A stretch of DNA of 64,000 bases, taken from positions 190-64,189 of IMG/VR virus record IMGVR_UViG_3300027578_000006. One strand, given 5' to 3'. How positions within the stretch are numbered: the stretch's first letter is position 1; each line of letters starts with the position of its first letter. Below, piece by piece: positions 26,751 through 35,589 of this stretch. Origin of the DNA: a virus (lineage: Duplodnaviria; Caudoviricetes). The notes beneath the pieces are model-generated. The model did not search any database. It had not been told where the DNA came from and saw only the letters and a list, made by a program, of their open reading frames with translations. The translations under genes and the position numbers were made by a program.

Positions 26751-28739
26751 TTAACCTTTTGCAAGGCCGTAACGTCTGTGATACCCAACATCAGAATTCA
26801 ATGGGATGCCCGGCATATACCGTGGCTCCATAGTCATCTGCTCCCAAACCCACTTCTTGGCGGTCTCGGCTTCCTCTTCTGGCGCAAGCGACCACAACTC
26901 ATCGTGCACTGTTCCAACCACAGGATACCTTTTCGATACCCGCAGCATTCCATCAGTCATGACGATACGCGCAACACCCTGTGTTACGTTGTTCGTGATC
27001 TTCCCTGCGTACAGCTTGGTAGCGTCTGGCCCGTATACATACTGGCTCCTACCCTTCTCGTCTTTTTCGCGTCGTAAGTCTGGATAAAGCAGTTTCATCC
27101 CGTTGGGCAATTCGATCTCGCCCTTGCGGAAGATTAGACATTTATACCGGAACTCTCTGCCGCCGTAAAGTGCCGTCTCCAACAACCCCGAACACATTTC
27201 CCAAAAGGAAACAACTGGGTGGGCTGTCGCCCGGTAGATGTCGATGATCTTCTTGGATGCTGCTGCATGTATTAAGAGTTCCTTGGTGGTGCAGGTGTGG
27301 GGGATTTCCTCAAGCTTCTTGACGTTCTCATCCCACGACAGAAACTTCTCGATGTACTCCTTGGTTACCCCCAGCTTCTTGGCGAACGCCATGTCATACC
27401 GCACAGGTGGTGCCCCCAGAAAGCCGGTCAGCAACTGCGTTGCAAACGATGCCCACCCAAGCCCATACCCTGCACCCAAGAGCGCCGACTTGGCCGATTG
27501 ACGTAGGTCAGGATGGCTCTTCTTGGTCATGCCGGGGATGTTGAACATCTGTGAACCGAACTGAGCGTATGCGTCCTCGCCTGATCGGAAGATATTCAAC
27601 AGGTCATCGTAGTCCGACAGCCAACCCAGTACACGCGGCTCGATCTGCGACAAGTCACCGGCCACCACAACGTAACCTTCGGGTGCCATGATGGCTTCAC
27701 GCAACAGCGAACGCTTCTCTTCGGATGCGCGCTTTAAGTTCTGCATATTGATCGCACTGCCCCGCGATGCAGTCCAACGTCCAGTACCGGCACCGTAGTA
27801 AGCAAGCGGCACAGGCAGTGGACCACGGCTTGAGATGTCTAAGAATCTTTGCGCTCGTGTGCGCTCAGTCGTAGATTTAACTCGCAGTCGTGCTTCGCAT
27901 ACGAGTCGGACATCTTCTTTCTCTCCGTTGAGTAGCGCTTGGAAGAGAGCGTCATTCTTAGCAAGTGCAAGCGTTTGCTTACCTGTCGTCTTACTCTTCT
28001 TGTATGGAACGTCACATCCCAACGAAACCAATACATCCGCGAACTTAGGGTTACTCGCCAGCGTTGCATCGTCCACGTTAAGTCGCGCCAAAAGTTCTTC
28101 ACGTGTTGTCCTTTCTTCTTCAATAGCTTGGAATAAAAGCGTCTGATCTAAGATCAGCCGCGGCTTGGTGTACATCTTTAGCGTCATGTCGATCAGGCGT
28201 AGTTCTGATGCAGGGTAGCCATCGACTAAACGCTTAAAGATTTCTTCGCACAGGTACACATCATGGCGGCAGTAATCCGCCAACTCCTGCTCAACATGGA
28301 ACGGTAGCTCGTCAAGGTAGTTCTCTGACGAAGCCAGCCCCTGACCCTTGGCCTCAAGACCGAAGTCTTCTGCCATCTTCTTCAAGCTGTTGCCAGCCTC
28401 GACACCACGCACGGCACGACCCATGGACAGCGTGTCAAAGATAAACGCAGGGTGGTGGTTGTATATCCACGCCAGTATGGACACATCGAACAGCGCGTTC
28501 TGAGCGATGACTGCGGTTTTGCTCCAGTCAAAATCTTTCGCCCAGTCTGCGATGTCTTTGCCGCGTATCCATGTGGCAGGTAACGGGTCACCATAGTCCT
28601 TCCAACACAAGCCCCATGCTTTGAAGCGTGGGTCACGCAAGTACTCTTCGTTCGTCTGGCACGAGAACCCCAGCTTGACACCTCTCCCCCATGCCGACTC
28701 TACATCCAAAACAATAAGACGCTCATACGGCTTAGTCAT
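26751..28739 (-). CDS. polA: DNA polymerase, family A, with 3'-5' exonuclease
   Basis: Exo I LDVES, YCRHDV, motif A DLSQIEPR, motif B RQSAKSALLGAGYG, motif C TVHDE. Confidence 0.95.
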   Translation of the reverse strand: MTKPYERLIVLDVESAWGRGVKLGFSCQTNEEYLRDPRFKAWGLCWKDYGDPLPATWIRGKDIADWAKDFDWSKTAVIAQNALFDVSILAWIYNHHPAFIFDTLSMGRAVRGVEAGNSLKKMAEDFGLEAKGQGLASSENYLDELPFHVEQELADYCRHDVYLCEEIFKRLVDGYPASELRLIDMTLKMYTKPRLILDQTLLFQAIEEERTTREELLARLNVDDATLASNPKFADVLVSLGCDVPYKKSKTTGKQTLALAKNDALFQALLNGEKEDVRLVCEARLRVKSTTERTRAQRFLDISSRGPLPVPLAYYGAGTGRWTASRGSAINMQNLKRASEEKRSLLREAIMAPEGYVVVAGDLSQIEPRVLGWLSDYDDLLNIFRSGEDAYAQFGSQMFNIPGMTKKSHPDLRQSAKSALLGAGYGLGWASFATQLLTGFLGAPPVRYDMAFAKKLGVTKEYIEKFLSWDENVKKLEEIPHTCTTKELLIHAAASKKIIDIYRATAHPVVSFWEMCSGLLETALYGGREFRYKCLIFRKGEIELPNGMKLLYPDLRREKDEKGRSQYVYGPDATKLYAGKITNNVTQGVARIVMTDGMLRVSKRYPVVGTVHDELWSLAPEEEAETAKKWVWEQMTMEPRYMPGIPLNSDVGYHRRYGLAKG

Positions 28740-29208
28740 TTTTGCCTTTCAAAAAATTACGAACGATTTGCTCACGCTCAGACGACAACTCAAACCAACG
28801 AAGGTTGCCTCTATCTTTAGCGCGTACTTGGTTAATCATGTGTGCTGCCGTCGAGGTTTTAATCCCCAACATACCCGCAAGTAGCCAGCTCTTTGTGCTG
28901 GCGTATGGTCGGTTACGTGCCTGAGTTTCGCGTGTTGCCCAACGGCAGTTTGATGGCGTGTAGTTCTTGTTTGTGTTTATGCGGTCTAGCGTGTGCTTGT
29001 CGGACGGCCTGCGCCCCATGTTTTGCAAGAAAGCAGCAAACGACTCCCGCCATTTTTTACACACGCTAATACCACGACCGCCGTAATACGCGTAGTCTCT
29101 TGCTTTCGGGTTATGGCAGCGGTTTTTCATCATTTGCCACGACCGATACTCCGGCGTGGCTTGCCGTTTGCCATCGACTAAACGTACTTCACCTGCTGGT
29201 TTTTTCAT
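28732..29208 (-). CDS. free-standing HNH homing endonuclease
   Basis: SWQMMKNRC..YGGRGISVC..TLDRINTNKNYTPSNCRWAT..Q.RN. Confidence 0.85.
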   Translation of the reverse strand: MKKPAGEVRLVDGKRQATPEYRSWQMMKNRCHNPKARDYAYYGGRGISVCKKWRESFAAFLQNMGRRPSDKHTLDRINTNKNYTPSNCRWATRETQARNRPYASTKSWLLAGMLGIKTSTAAHMINQVRAKDRGNLRWFELSSEREQIVRNFLKGKND

Positions 29209-29248
29209 TTGATTCCCCAATATAGTGGAAAATCAACAATATACCACA
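29209..29248 (-). promoter_or_regulatory. extended -10 promoter and RBS-sequestering hairpin of the HNH gene
   Basis: TGG-TATATT; 11-bp stem UUGAUUUUCCA/UGGGGAAUCAA ends at the AUG. Confidence 0.55.
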
Positions 29249-29265
29249 GGGTTCGTATGGTTTAC

Positions 29266-29586
29266 TCACTTGATCTCCCTTGCTTTCATCATTGCATCGG
29301 CTATACAGTAGGACTCTTCAGCGTAGTACTGCGCCCATGTGTATCTAGTTCCGTGCTCATCACTTCCAAGATCAATTTCTGAATTGACTCCACAAACAAT
29401 GGCGTATTCAAAGTCGTAGCTCTCAAAAAAACTAGGCTCTTGGTTGTCAGAGGTGGTTTTAAGCAACGCACTATTTTGAATCATGGCTTGCATTGCCTTG
29501 GCTGCAAAGTAATCACGCAAGTCCATGCCGTCTTGGTTTTGTGAATGGCCGTTGTCTGCTAATGTTGGAAAGGCTTTCGTATTCAA
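29266..29586 (-). CDS. hypothetical protein, AFP..GMDLRDYFA family (paralog 1)
   Basis: KAFP...GMDLRDYFAAKAM...ADAMMKAR. Confidence 0.7.
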   Translation of the reverse strand: MNTKAFPTLADNGHSQNQDGMDLRDYFAAKAMQAMIQNSALLKTTSDNQEPSFFESYDFEYAIVCGVNSEIDLGSDEHGTRYTWAQYYAEESYCIADAMMKAREIK

Positions 29587-29855
29587 TTGAATTTCTCCTT
29601 TGGTGGTGCATCTAGTGTGTTTATAAACACAAAATAATCTTCTATTGATTTAATTAAATTGTGCGTCTCCATATCTGTTGCGTTCAGCGATATGACTTCA
29701 TTCACGGGACTATTTGGCAGCGAAATAATCACCACTCCCTGCGCTGCATTCTTGCCGTAGCAACGCGACAGTAACTCAATTACATTGCGGAAGTGTTCTT
29801 TATCTTCCTCCGCCATTTCTTCTAATCGTTTGGCAAAAGCTCTTGGATCAGACAT
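29583..29855 (-). CDS. hypothetical protein
   Basis: 90-aa ORF in the operon. Confidence 0.6.
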   Translation of the reverse strand: MSDPRAFAKRLEEMAEEDKEHFRNVIELLSRCYGKNAAQGVVIISLPNSPVNEVISLNATDMETHNLIKSIEDYFVFINTLDAPPKEKFN

Positions 29856-30130
29856 AACAGTAACCTCCTTAGTTCTTCCACGTTGTCTTCGCGGGCAACG
29901 AATGTAAAGCCGCCAGCTTTAATTATTTTTTCTATTTCTCTTTCTTGTAGTACGGTAAGCACTCCTTTACCTGCCTTGCATTCGATGGCTACGAACAGAC
30001 CCATGAAGCACCCAACAATATCTGGCACTCCAGACCTGCCGTAGCCATGCGTAGCAGGGAAAAAATAATAGATGTAAAGCTCATCAAGCAGCTTCCTCAC
30101 CTTCGCTTTGACTTTCGCCTCTAAGGTCAT
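29822..30130 (-). CDS. VRR-NUC domain nuclease
   Basis: E..V, GRSGVPDI, AIECKAGKG, Q. Confidence 0.85.
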   Translation of the reverse strand: MTLEAKVKAKVRKLLDELYIYYFFPATHGYGRSGVPDIVGCFMGLFVAIECKAGKGVLTVLQEREIEKIIKAGGFTFVAREDNVEELRRLLLCLIQELLPND

Positions 30131-30311
30131 CGAGTGTTTGCTTTCTTCGTAGTTCTTGGACTTCTTCTAACTCATCTTCGGACATGTACTGCTCAAGCGT
30201 ATAGAAGCGTTCATTACAGTTTGTGCATTTACGCTTTCGCACTACCTTGTCCTCGACGCGCCGTGTGTCGTAGGTGTGAATTTTTGTGCTGTCACAAGCT
30301 GGACACTTCAT
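30084..30311 (-). CDS. NrdR-like zinc-ribbon protein
   Basis: MKCPAC...DTR...RKRKCTNCNERFYTLE. Confidence 0.75.
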   Translation of the reverse strand: MKCPACDSTKIHTYDTRRVEDKVVRKRKCTNCNERFYTLEQYMSEDELEEVQELRRKQTLDDLRGESQSEGEEAA

Positions 30312-30607
30312 TAAAACTCCTTGTTGGCTTCAGCTTCAAGCCACATTAAAAATGTAATGCAACACATAGCGTGAGCCAAGTGCGGCATCCCTGTCTCTGG
30401 GTCATCCATCTCCCCACGCCACCAAGCATCCATATGTCGCATGGCAGCGTCGTAATACCGTGTTGTCGCTTGGGGTACGTGCTTCCAGTTGTTTGGCGCG
30501 TACTTAACTGCGCCGTATTCCAACACCTTGATATATTCCTCCATCACACCCTCCGGCACAAGAGACCAGCGCACTTTGTTTGTGTCGTACTTGACTCCGG
30601 TTTTCAT
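30311..30607 (-). CDS. dATP/dGTP diphosphohydrolase-domain protein (DUF5664-like)
   Basis: KYD..K.RWSLVP, YGAVKY..NNW, AAMRH, DPETGMPHLAHA. Confidence 0.8.
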   Translation of the reverse strand: MKTGVKYDTNKVRWSLVPEGVMEEYIKVLEYGAVKYAPNNWKHVPQATTRYYDAAMRHMDAWWRGEMDDPETGMPHLAHAMCCITFLMWLEAEANKEF

Positions 30608-30780
30608 AATTTATGTCCTCTCGTTTGTCTGCACTGCTCCCGCTGATTGTGGTCAAAGTCTGGGCTGATCTCCGACACACCACAGGGGAGTTTCACAGGT
30701 TGGTTTAGCGCAGCGTATCCCCAGTAGACCGAGAACAACGCCACGCACATATAAAACGCTACCGCTAATTTCTCACTCAC
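30604..30780 (-). CDS. small membrane protein, 58 aa (not in ORF track)
   Basis: GTG start, N-terminal TM segment, then CGVSEISPDF..REQCR; fills the gap and overlaps both neighbours. Confidence 0.6.
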   Translation of the reverse strand: MSEKLAVAFYMCVALFSVYWGYAALNQPVKLPCGVSEISPDFDHNQREQCRQTRGHKL

Positions 30781-31330
30781 TTGTTTCTCCTTTTGTTTGT
30801 GCTGGGGTATCGTAATGACTACGCCCGTTTAGTTTTAAGTAGTCTTTGTCTGTGGCGGTATAAGTCACGCGCCCGTTTTGCTTTTCTTTTATTAACGAAC
30901 CGAACCCAATCATTTTTAGTAACGTGCTGGCGGTCATGTTGATGAACCCTGCTTCCATAAGCTGCCGTTGTGTGGCAGAACCGTGTTCACGTAGCCACTG
31001 TTGCGCTAAAAATGCACGGGTGGGTTTACTTTCATTTTTTAATCTCTCGCTTTTTATTACTTTGTTTTTTTCTACAACTTTCTGTACGCCTGCCCACCAT
31101 TCCCGCATTTTTTCTGGGTCATACCATGTGCGTTTGCTGCGGCTGTGCTCAAAATAACCTGATACGAATACTGGACGCGGGCCTTCATAGTGATTGACGT
31201 AACCTATCAGTGTTTGCTTAGTTACGCCAAACTCCGCAGCCATTTCTTTAAGTGTGCGCAACGGTTTGCGTGGTGGGTTTGATGCGTTATATTTACGCTG
31301 CTCCCCTAAACTTGTCCCAAAGTTTTTCAT
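30773..31330 (-). CDS. putative DNA-binding protein (HTH plus winged-helix-like)
   Basis: TLKEMAAEFGVTKQTL. Confidence 0.55.
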   Translation of the reverse strand: MKNFGTSLGEQRKYNASNPPRKPLRTLKEMAAEFGVTKQTLIGYVNHYEGPRPVFVSGYFEHSRSKRTWYDPEKMREWWAGVQKVVEKNKVIKSERLKNESKPTRAFLAQQWLREHGSATQRQLMEAGFINMTASTLLKMIGFGSLIKEKQNGRVTYTATDKDYLKLNGRSHYDTPAQTKGETSE

Positions 31331-31530
31331 TCTGTCTTCCCCTTTATCAAGTCGATCATCTCGCAGTAAGCGGCCTTGCTGTGCTCATGCGTCTTGGCTG
31401 TCACCATCTCATGCGCCACCTTGAACAGTGCAGAGAACTTGCGCAGGGCTGCGGCTGCTTCGTTGTCCAACTCGCTGCGGGCATTGTCTTCGAGATAGTC
31501 GGCCAACTCCTTTAGTGTGTTGCGCATCAT
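31327..31530 (-). CDS. hypothetical protein
   Basis: 67-aa coupled ORF. Confidence 0.55.
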   Translation of the reverse strand: MMRNTLKELADYLEDNARSELDNEAAAALRKFSALFKVAHEMVTAKTHEHSKAAYCEMIDLIKGKTE

Positions 31531-32156
31531 GCCTCTCCAACCATAGCCTTGATGCGTTTGTACAGCGCCATGACCTGCGAGAAAGAAAGTGTTGATAGTA
31601 GTTGCTCTGGGTCAAACGGGGTAGCGGTAGGGGCTGGCTCTGTGCGTCTCTGTAAGACCACCAGCTTCTTGGTCACAGCATCCTGCGTGTCCAGCGCGGC
31701 AATGCCTTCCTTCTCGGCTTTCTTCTTGGTTGCAGGTACAGCGACTTTTTTCTTTGGCTTGACGCGCTTGCTTGCCTTGATCGGTGTGTACTCCGGTTGC
31801 AGTGCAGTGTAGCGCCCTATGTCATCTCTCGTTATCATCCCGCAGTTCGTCATCTGCGTAAGCAGGGAGCCTATAGAGGCTTCGTTGAACCCACGGTTAG
31901 CCAGCATCCGGCACAAGTCTTTGTATTGCAGCCGTGGGTTGTCGCGCACTGCATTGAACGTCTCACGGCTGACGTTGTTGGTGGGCTTGAATGCGTGGGG
32001 CAGCGCGGTTCTTGCATCATCACGTGGGTCGTCTTTTGCCCACTGGTCAATGATTTGTTTTACGCTATCTGGTGTTGTTGTACGTGTTTGCATTTGATTC
32101 TCCTGTTGTAGTTTGTTTTCAATTGCTCTTTGTAATGCAGTGGTCAAGTCGGGCAT
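31527..32156 (-). CDS. hypothetical protein, possible winged helix
   Basis: start taken at MPDLTTAL after GAGG RBS. Confidence 0.55.
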   Translation of the reverse strand: MPDLTTALQRAIENKLQQENQMQTRTTTPDSVKQIIDQWAKDDPRDDARTALPHAFKPTNNVSRETFNAVRDNPRLQYKDLCRMLANRGFNEASIGSLLTQMTNCGMITRDDIGRYTALQPEYTPIKASKRVKPKKKVAVPATKKKAEKEGIAALDTQDAVTKKLVVLQRRTEPAPTATPFDPEQLLSTLSFSQVMALYKRIKAMVGEA

Positions 32157-32158
32157 GA

Positions 32159-32410
32159 TTACCTCAGCATAAGTGAAACACCAAGTATATAAATGATGAT
32201 GCCCCCTAAAGCCAAAGCAACCATCTGCCAATTTGTTTTAACTGTTGCTGCCGGTCTCCACTTGCCGCCAAGCAATGCGTCTTGCAGCGCGATCTCATCT
32301 TCGTCTTGCGCTGGGCGTGGTGGTTCGTAGTACACGCCGATCTTGATCTTGCCTGTGTCGTATGGCGTGATGCGTGGTTGATCGAAATTGTCTAAAGTTT
32401 TGTCGTGCAT
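32159..32410 (-). CDS. hypothetical membrane-anchored protein
   Basis: TPYDTGKIKIG motif and C-terminal TM segment. Confidence 0.6.
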   Translation of the reverse strand: MHDKTLDNFDQPRITPYDTGKIKIGVYYEPPRPAQDEDEIALQDALLGGKWRPAATVKTNWQMVALALGGIIIYILGVSLMLR

Positions 32411-32440
32411 GATCCCTCCGAATAGGGTTAAGGAAAGTTA

Positions 32441-32469
32441 AAGGTAAAGTACTACGGGTAGAGTGTCAA
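32441..32469 (-). promoter_or_regulatory. sigma70-like promoter
   Basis: TTGACA-17 nt-TACCTT upstream of GGAGG RBS. Confidence 0.55.
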
Positions 32470-32489
32470 TAGGTTAGTACATACTTCGC

Positions 32490-32588
32490 CTACAAGATAC
32501 CTATGAACACGAGAACTAAAATAGCAACAAGCCCTACAATGCAGAAAATTGTCACAGGCAGATCAGCGTCCCAGTCATTGTCATCCAT
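32490..32588 (-). CDS. possible 32-aa membrane peptide (not in ORF track)
   Basis: MDDNDWDADLPV followed by a hydrophobic helix; overlaps upstream stop. Confidence 0.4.
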   Translation of the reverse strand: MDDNDWDADLPVTIFCIVGLVAILVLVFIGIL

Positions 32589-32802
32589 GGTTTTCCTCCC
32601 TTGCTTTCATCATTGCGTCTGCAAAGCAATACGCTACGTCTGCTATGTGTTCACAATCGTCTTCGTAATTCCATTCATACTCCTTGTGGTAGATAGCGTG
32701 TACTTCTTTGACCATATTGAACGCCACAGGCAACGCTGCTGTCGCAAAGTAATCACGCAGGTCCATGCCCTGTTGGTTTGTCATGTTGGGAAATGCTTTC
32801 AT
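32581..32802 (-). CDS. hypothetical protein, AFP..GMDLRDYFA family (paralog 2)
   Basis: MKAFP..GMDLRDYFA...ADAMMKAR. Confidence 0.7.
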   Translation of the reverse strand: MKAFPNMTNQQGMDLRDYFATAALPVAFNMVKEVHAIYHKEYEWNYEDDCEHIADVAYCFADAMMKAREENHG

Positions 32803-32804
32803 GT

Positions 32805-32990
32805 TTAACTCCCTACTCGTTGGTCTGGTGGTAATGTGGATTGGTAATCATCCCACGCCTCTTCGAGCAGCATCGCTGCTTTCATCAGCATAGCAACTAA
32901 CGCTTCATGCCTATCTTCGTCCAATCCCTCGGCATACCCGCGCAATTTGTAGGACGTTGTGTAGTACTGTAGTTTTCTTGCGTCGATCAT
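32805..32990 (-). CDS. hypothetical protein
   Basis: 61-aa coupled ORF. Confidence 0.55.
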   Translation of the reverse strand: MIDARKLQYYTTSYKLRGYAEGLDEDRHEALVAMLMKAAMLLEEAWDDYQSTLPPDQRVGS

Positions 32991-33220
32991 GTGTTCTTCT
33001 CCTTTATCAAGTCCAAGTACGTCCCGTTTTTATAAACAAACCGCACTCCGATAAGATTCTCTTTATCGTCGTAGTAACAGCAGAGTATGTTGTCATCAAC
33101 CCACGGCGCTTTGCAATGTAGCGTGGTTGCCTTGCGTTCCGGCATCGCGTAACTAACTGTCCACTGAACTCGCGGGTTATGCGGCTCTCGCTGGTAGTCG
33201 TATAGTTTTATGTCAGGCAC
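32987..33220 (-). CDS. hypothetical protein
   Basis: 77-aa coupled ORF. Confidence 0.55.
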   Translation of the reverse strand: MPDIKLYDYQREPHNPRVQWTVSYAMPERKATTLHCKAPWVDDNILCCYYDDKENLIGVRFVYKNGTYLDLIKEKNT

Positions 33221-33476
33221 TGTTCTTCTCCTTTAGCTTGGCTTCGATCTTGTCAATCAACTCGCGTGTGTAACCTTTGATCGGTGCCCCGCCCCACGGC
33301 CCGATAATTTCTTTGATCTCCTCATCCGTCAGCCCTTGCCATTCGCGCTCCCCCTGCCGATTCAGTGTGTTTATCACTCGCTGTATCAGCGCGTTTGCTA
33401 TCTCAGGCTTCTCCATCGCCGTGGTCAATATCTCAACCAGCCTTTTATTTGTGACAGTCATCCGTTTTTCTCTCAT
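33213..33476 (-). CDS. hypothetical protein with REWQGLTDEEI..IEAKLKEKN module
   Basis: coupled ORF with a module I recall from other phage small genes. Confidence 0.6.
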   Translation of the reverse strand: MREKRMTVTNKRLVEILTTAMEKPEIANALIQRVINTLNRQGEREWQGLTDEEIKEIIGPWGGAPIKGYTRELIDKIEAKLKEKNSA

Positions 33477-33739
33477 TTCAAAAACTCCTTCACCTGTTCG
33501 TACACGCCGTTCCTTGCGCTGTTGTCAGACTCGTACTTAGTCCATCCGGCATAGCGCATCTCGTTCTCGCAGCGTTCAAGCAACTCAATCATCCGTTGCA
33601 CCTGCGTCTCTGTATATAAGCCCTCGTCATCTGGTTCAGGTTTCAAACCAAGATTAGTTTGCCAGTCGTCTTTGCCGTGTTGTGCTACGGCTTTCATGTA
33701 CGACAACTCGCGTATCTTTATCCACGCCACAGGTTTCAT
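33473..33739 (-). CDS. hypothetical protein (PVAW module)
   Basis: start MKPVAW with 4-nt overlap. Confidence 0.55.
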   Translation of the reverse strand: MKPVAWIKIRELSYMKAVAQHGKDDWQTNLGLKPEPDDEGLYTETQVQRMIELLERCENEMRYAGWTKYESDNSARNGVYEQVKEFLK

Positions 33740-33951
33740 AACCCACCTCGCAACGCCCACTCTTTCGCCTTCTCTGTCATCCACAAAGCATCCATGCGAC
33801 TCATTTTCGATGAGCGTATAACTAACTCACCCTCATTGTCGTACCCAATAATCAATACATCAGTAAGCGACTCGTTCAAAGCAGACTGCAACGCCTGTTC
33901 TGGTGTGTAGTTTATTGATGCTGGTAGTGCGATTACGTTTTGATTGTTCAT
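33736..33951 (-). CDS. hypothetical protein
   Basis: 71 aa, DVLIIGYDNEGELVIRSS. Confidence 0.6.
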   Translation of the reverse strand: MNNQNVIALPASINYTPEQALQSALNESLTDVLIIGYDNEGELVIRSSKMSRMDALWMTEKAKEWALRGGL

Positions 33952-34283
33952 ATCTCAAGGCTTTCGATAATGTGGGCAAGGTCATCAATGACGGCTGTTG
34001 TTTGCTGTCGGTATTGATTGATGGACAAGCCAAGCGGTGAAGCCACTGGCGGCAAGTCATGATCTGCTGTACGCATCGGTGCATCTGCTATTACTGGCTT
34101 GAGGCGCATCCGTAGCGTTTCAACTGTGGCTTTCAGCAAGTCTAGCGTGCACTGCATCTCAACACATTGGCGCTCGATCTGGCTTTTGTAGTGCTCAATG
34201 TCTTGCTTTTGGGTAATATTGTGTTTTTCGCCAATGATGGCTTTGCCGTATGTAAATTGGTTCATGTTGTGATCTCCACTCAT
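33948..34283 (-). CDS. hypothetical coiled-coil protein
   Basis: start MSGDHNMNQ after AAGGA RBS. Confidence 0.55.
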   Translation of the reverse strand: MSGDHNMNQFTYGKAIIGEKHNITQKQDIEHYKSQIERQCVEMQCTLDLLKATVETLRMRLKPVIADAPMRTADHDLPPVASPLGLSINQYRQQTTAVIDDLAHIIESLEI

Positions 34284-34284
34284 A

Positions 34285-34569
34285 TCAATCCTTTCCAAAG
34301 CCTGAAACATACGGTTGCCCTTGCGCTTCCATCCATTTATCACGCGCTTCGTGATACTCATTGAGCAACACATGAACTTCTTGCCAATATGAGTCTAAGG
34401 TAACTGCATTTGTGCTGACCATACATTCCAGCAAAATCGCAAAGCGGTGACAGAAATGTAAGGAAGGATCGCTTTCAAGCATTTCTATGTGAGATGCCCA
34501 TTCATCCAGATCATCAGCGCAAACAGATTGCGGCATCATCTTGCGTAGTCTGGTAGCTAGTTCAGTCAT
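34285..34569 (-). CDS. hypothetical protein
   Basis: coupled ORF starting MTELATRL. Confidence 0.55.
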   Translation of the reverse strand: MTELATRLRKMMPQSVCADDLDEWASHIEMLESDPSLHFCHRFAILLECMVSTNAVTLDSYWQEVHVLLNEYHEARDKWMEAQGQPYVSGFGKD

Positions 34570-34817
34570 GCGCCCTCCCACTTCCAGCCGAAGATCAAAT
34601 TCATAAAGTACCTGTGATGCCAGCGGGGAACAGAGTAAGTCGGGAATTTGGTGTAACCAGCAATAGGATCACCGTTGGGAACAACCCAATAGCCGACGGT
34701 GGGCGGGGGTAAGTAAAAACTCAGATGGGTATGCGAAAGGATTTCCTGTGGCGGCATGGTGTACATATAGCTGACATTCTCTTGGTCACGCTGGTATTGG
34801 TTTTGGTCTCCGCTCAT
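34566..34817 (-). CDS. hypothetical protein
   Basis: starts MSGDQNQYQ; coupled. Confidence 0.55.
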   Translation of the reverse strand: MSGDQNQYQRDQENVSYMYTMPPQEILSHTHLSFYLPPPTVGYWVVPNGDPIAGYTKFPTYSVPRWHHRYFMNLIFGWKWEGA

Positions 34818-35059
34818 TCCTGCCCCCTTGCGCGGATAACCAACGCTGCCACTGTGTAGTAATTGGTCAACTTGTCCTTCGCTGCCATCTCATCAAGCAC
34901 CTTCGCACACGCCTCGCGCTCCTCTGCTACTGCTTTGTTTACCATACCGTACGCATCCAGCAGTCTCATCACCAGTATTCGGCGACCATCGCTATCGTCG
35001 TAAATAGTTTCGTACATGCACTGCTCTCGTACAAACTTTTCAAAGTCTTCATAAGTCAT
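34814..35059 (-). CDS. hypothetical protein (EREACAKV..IRARG module)
   Basis: coupled ORF with a module I recall from other phage small genes. Confidence 0.6.
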   Translation of the reverse strand: MTYEDFEKFVREQCMYETIYDDSDGRRILVMRLLDAYGMVNKAVAEEREACAKVLDEMAAKDKLTNYYTVAALVIRARGQE

Positions 35060-35238
35060 GGCGCACCTCTCTCGCGGATAACTAAATGGTCTGCGGGTTT
35101 AACTACCACCTCGAACTTGCCCTGCTGCGTTTTTAATGGCGCTGTTTGCTCCTCCTCTGCGTCTAAAAAATGTGAGTCATACATATCATCTAACCGCGCC
35201 TCTTCTTTGCGGTCGAATCTTTTTTCTTCGTTAGTCAT
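35056..35238 (-). CDS. hypothetical protein
   Basis: 60-aa coupled ORF. Confidence 0.5.
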   Translation of the reverse strand: MTNEEKRFDRKEEARLDDMYDSHFLDAEEEQTAPLKTQQGKFEVVVKPADHLVIRERGAP

Positions 35239-35543
35239 TTTGATTCTCCTTTTGCTTTAGTAATTGCTGCTCGTGCGTTGGCTACGGCCTTGACTGTTTC
35301 GTCGTCTATTTCAAGGTCGTAGCAGACATCTAACAGGTCAACCAGAGCGTTTAATAAATCAGGTGCAGCGCAAATTAACATAGCGTTTGCACGTTTCTCT
35401 GTGTCTGGAATAGAACGGCAGTTTTTAATGGCTGCAATCGTAACTGAGTGTTGACCGGGCTTTCTACACGTAACAGAGTACGGGTTGGTTTTCCATTCCC
35501 ACCGAGTGTTGTCATTGAAGCGCCATTTTTCTTTTGTATACAT
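35235..35543 (-). CDS. hypothetical protein (ANAxLIxAAPDLL module)
   Basis: RANAMLICAAPDLLNAL...ARAAITKAKGE. Confidence 0.65.
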   Translation of the reverse strand: MYTKEKWRFNDNTRWEWKTNPYSVTCRKPGQHSVTIAAIKNCRSIPDTEKRANAMLICAAPDLLNALVDLLDVCYDLEIDDETVKAVANARAAITKAKGESK

Positions 35544-35589
35544 TTACTTCTCCTTTCAAAAAAGGGGTCAACGTGACCCCATTACACAC

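Noticed and set aside
28732-29208. Group I intron around the HNH genes (also 62125..62601)
   Set aside because: Flanking genes appear intact and abut the HNH ORFs, leaving no room for an intron core.
30311-30607. Z-genome (2-aminoadenine) system
   Set aside because: No PurZ-like adenylosuccinate synthetase or HD-domain DatZ recognised in the window.
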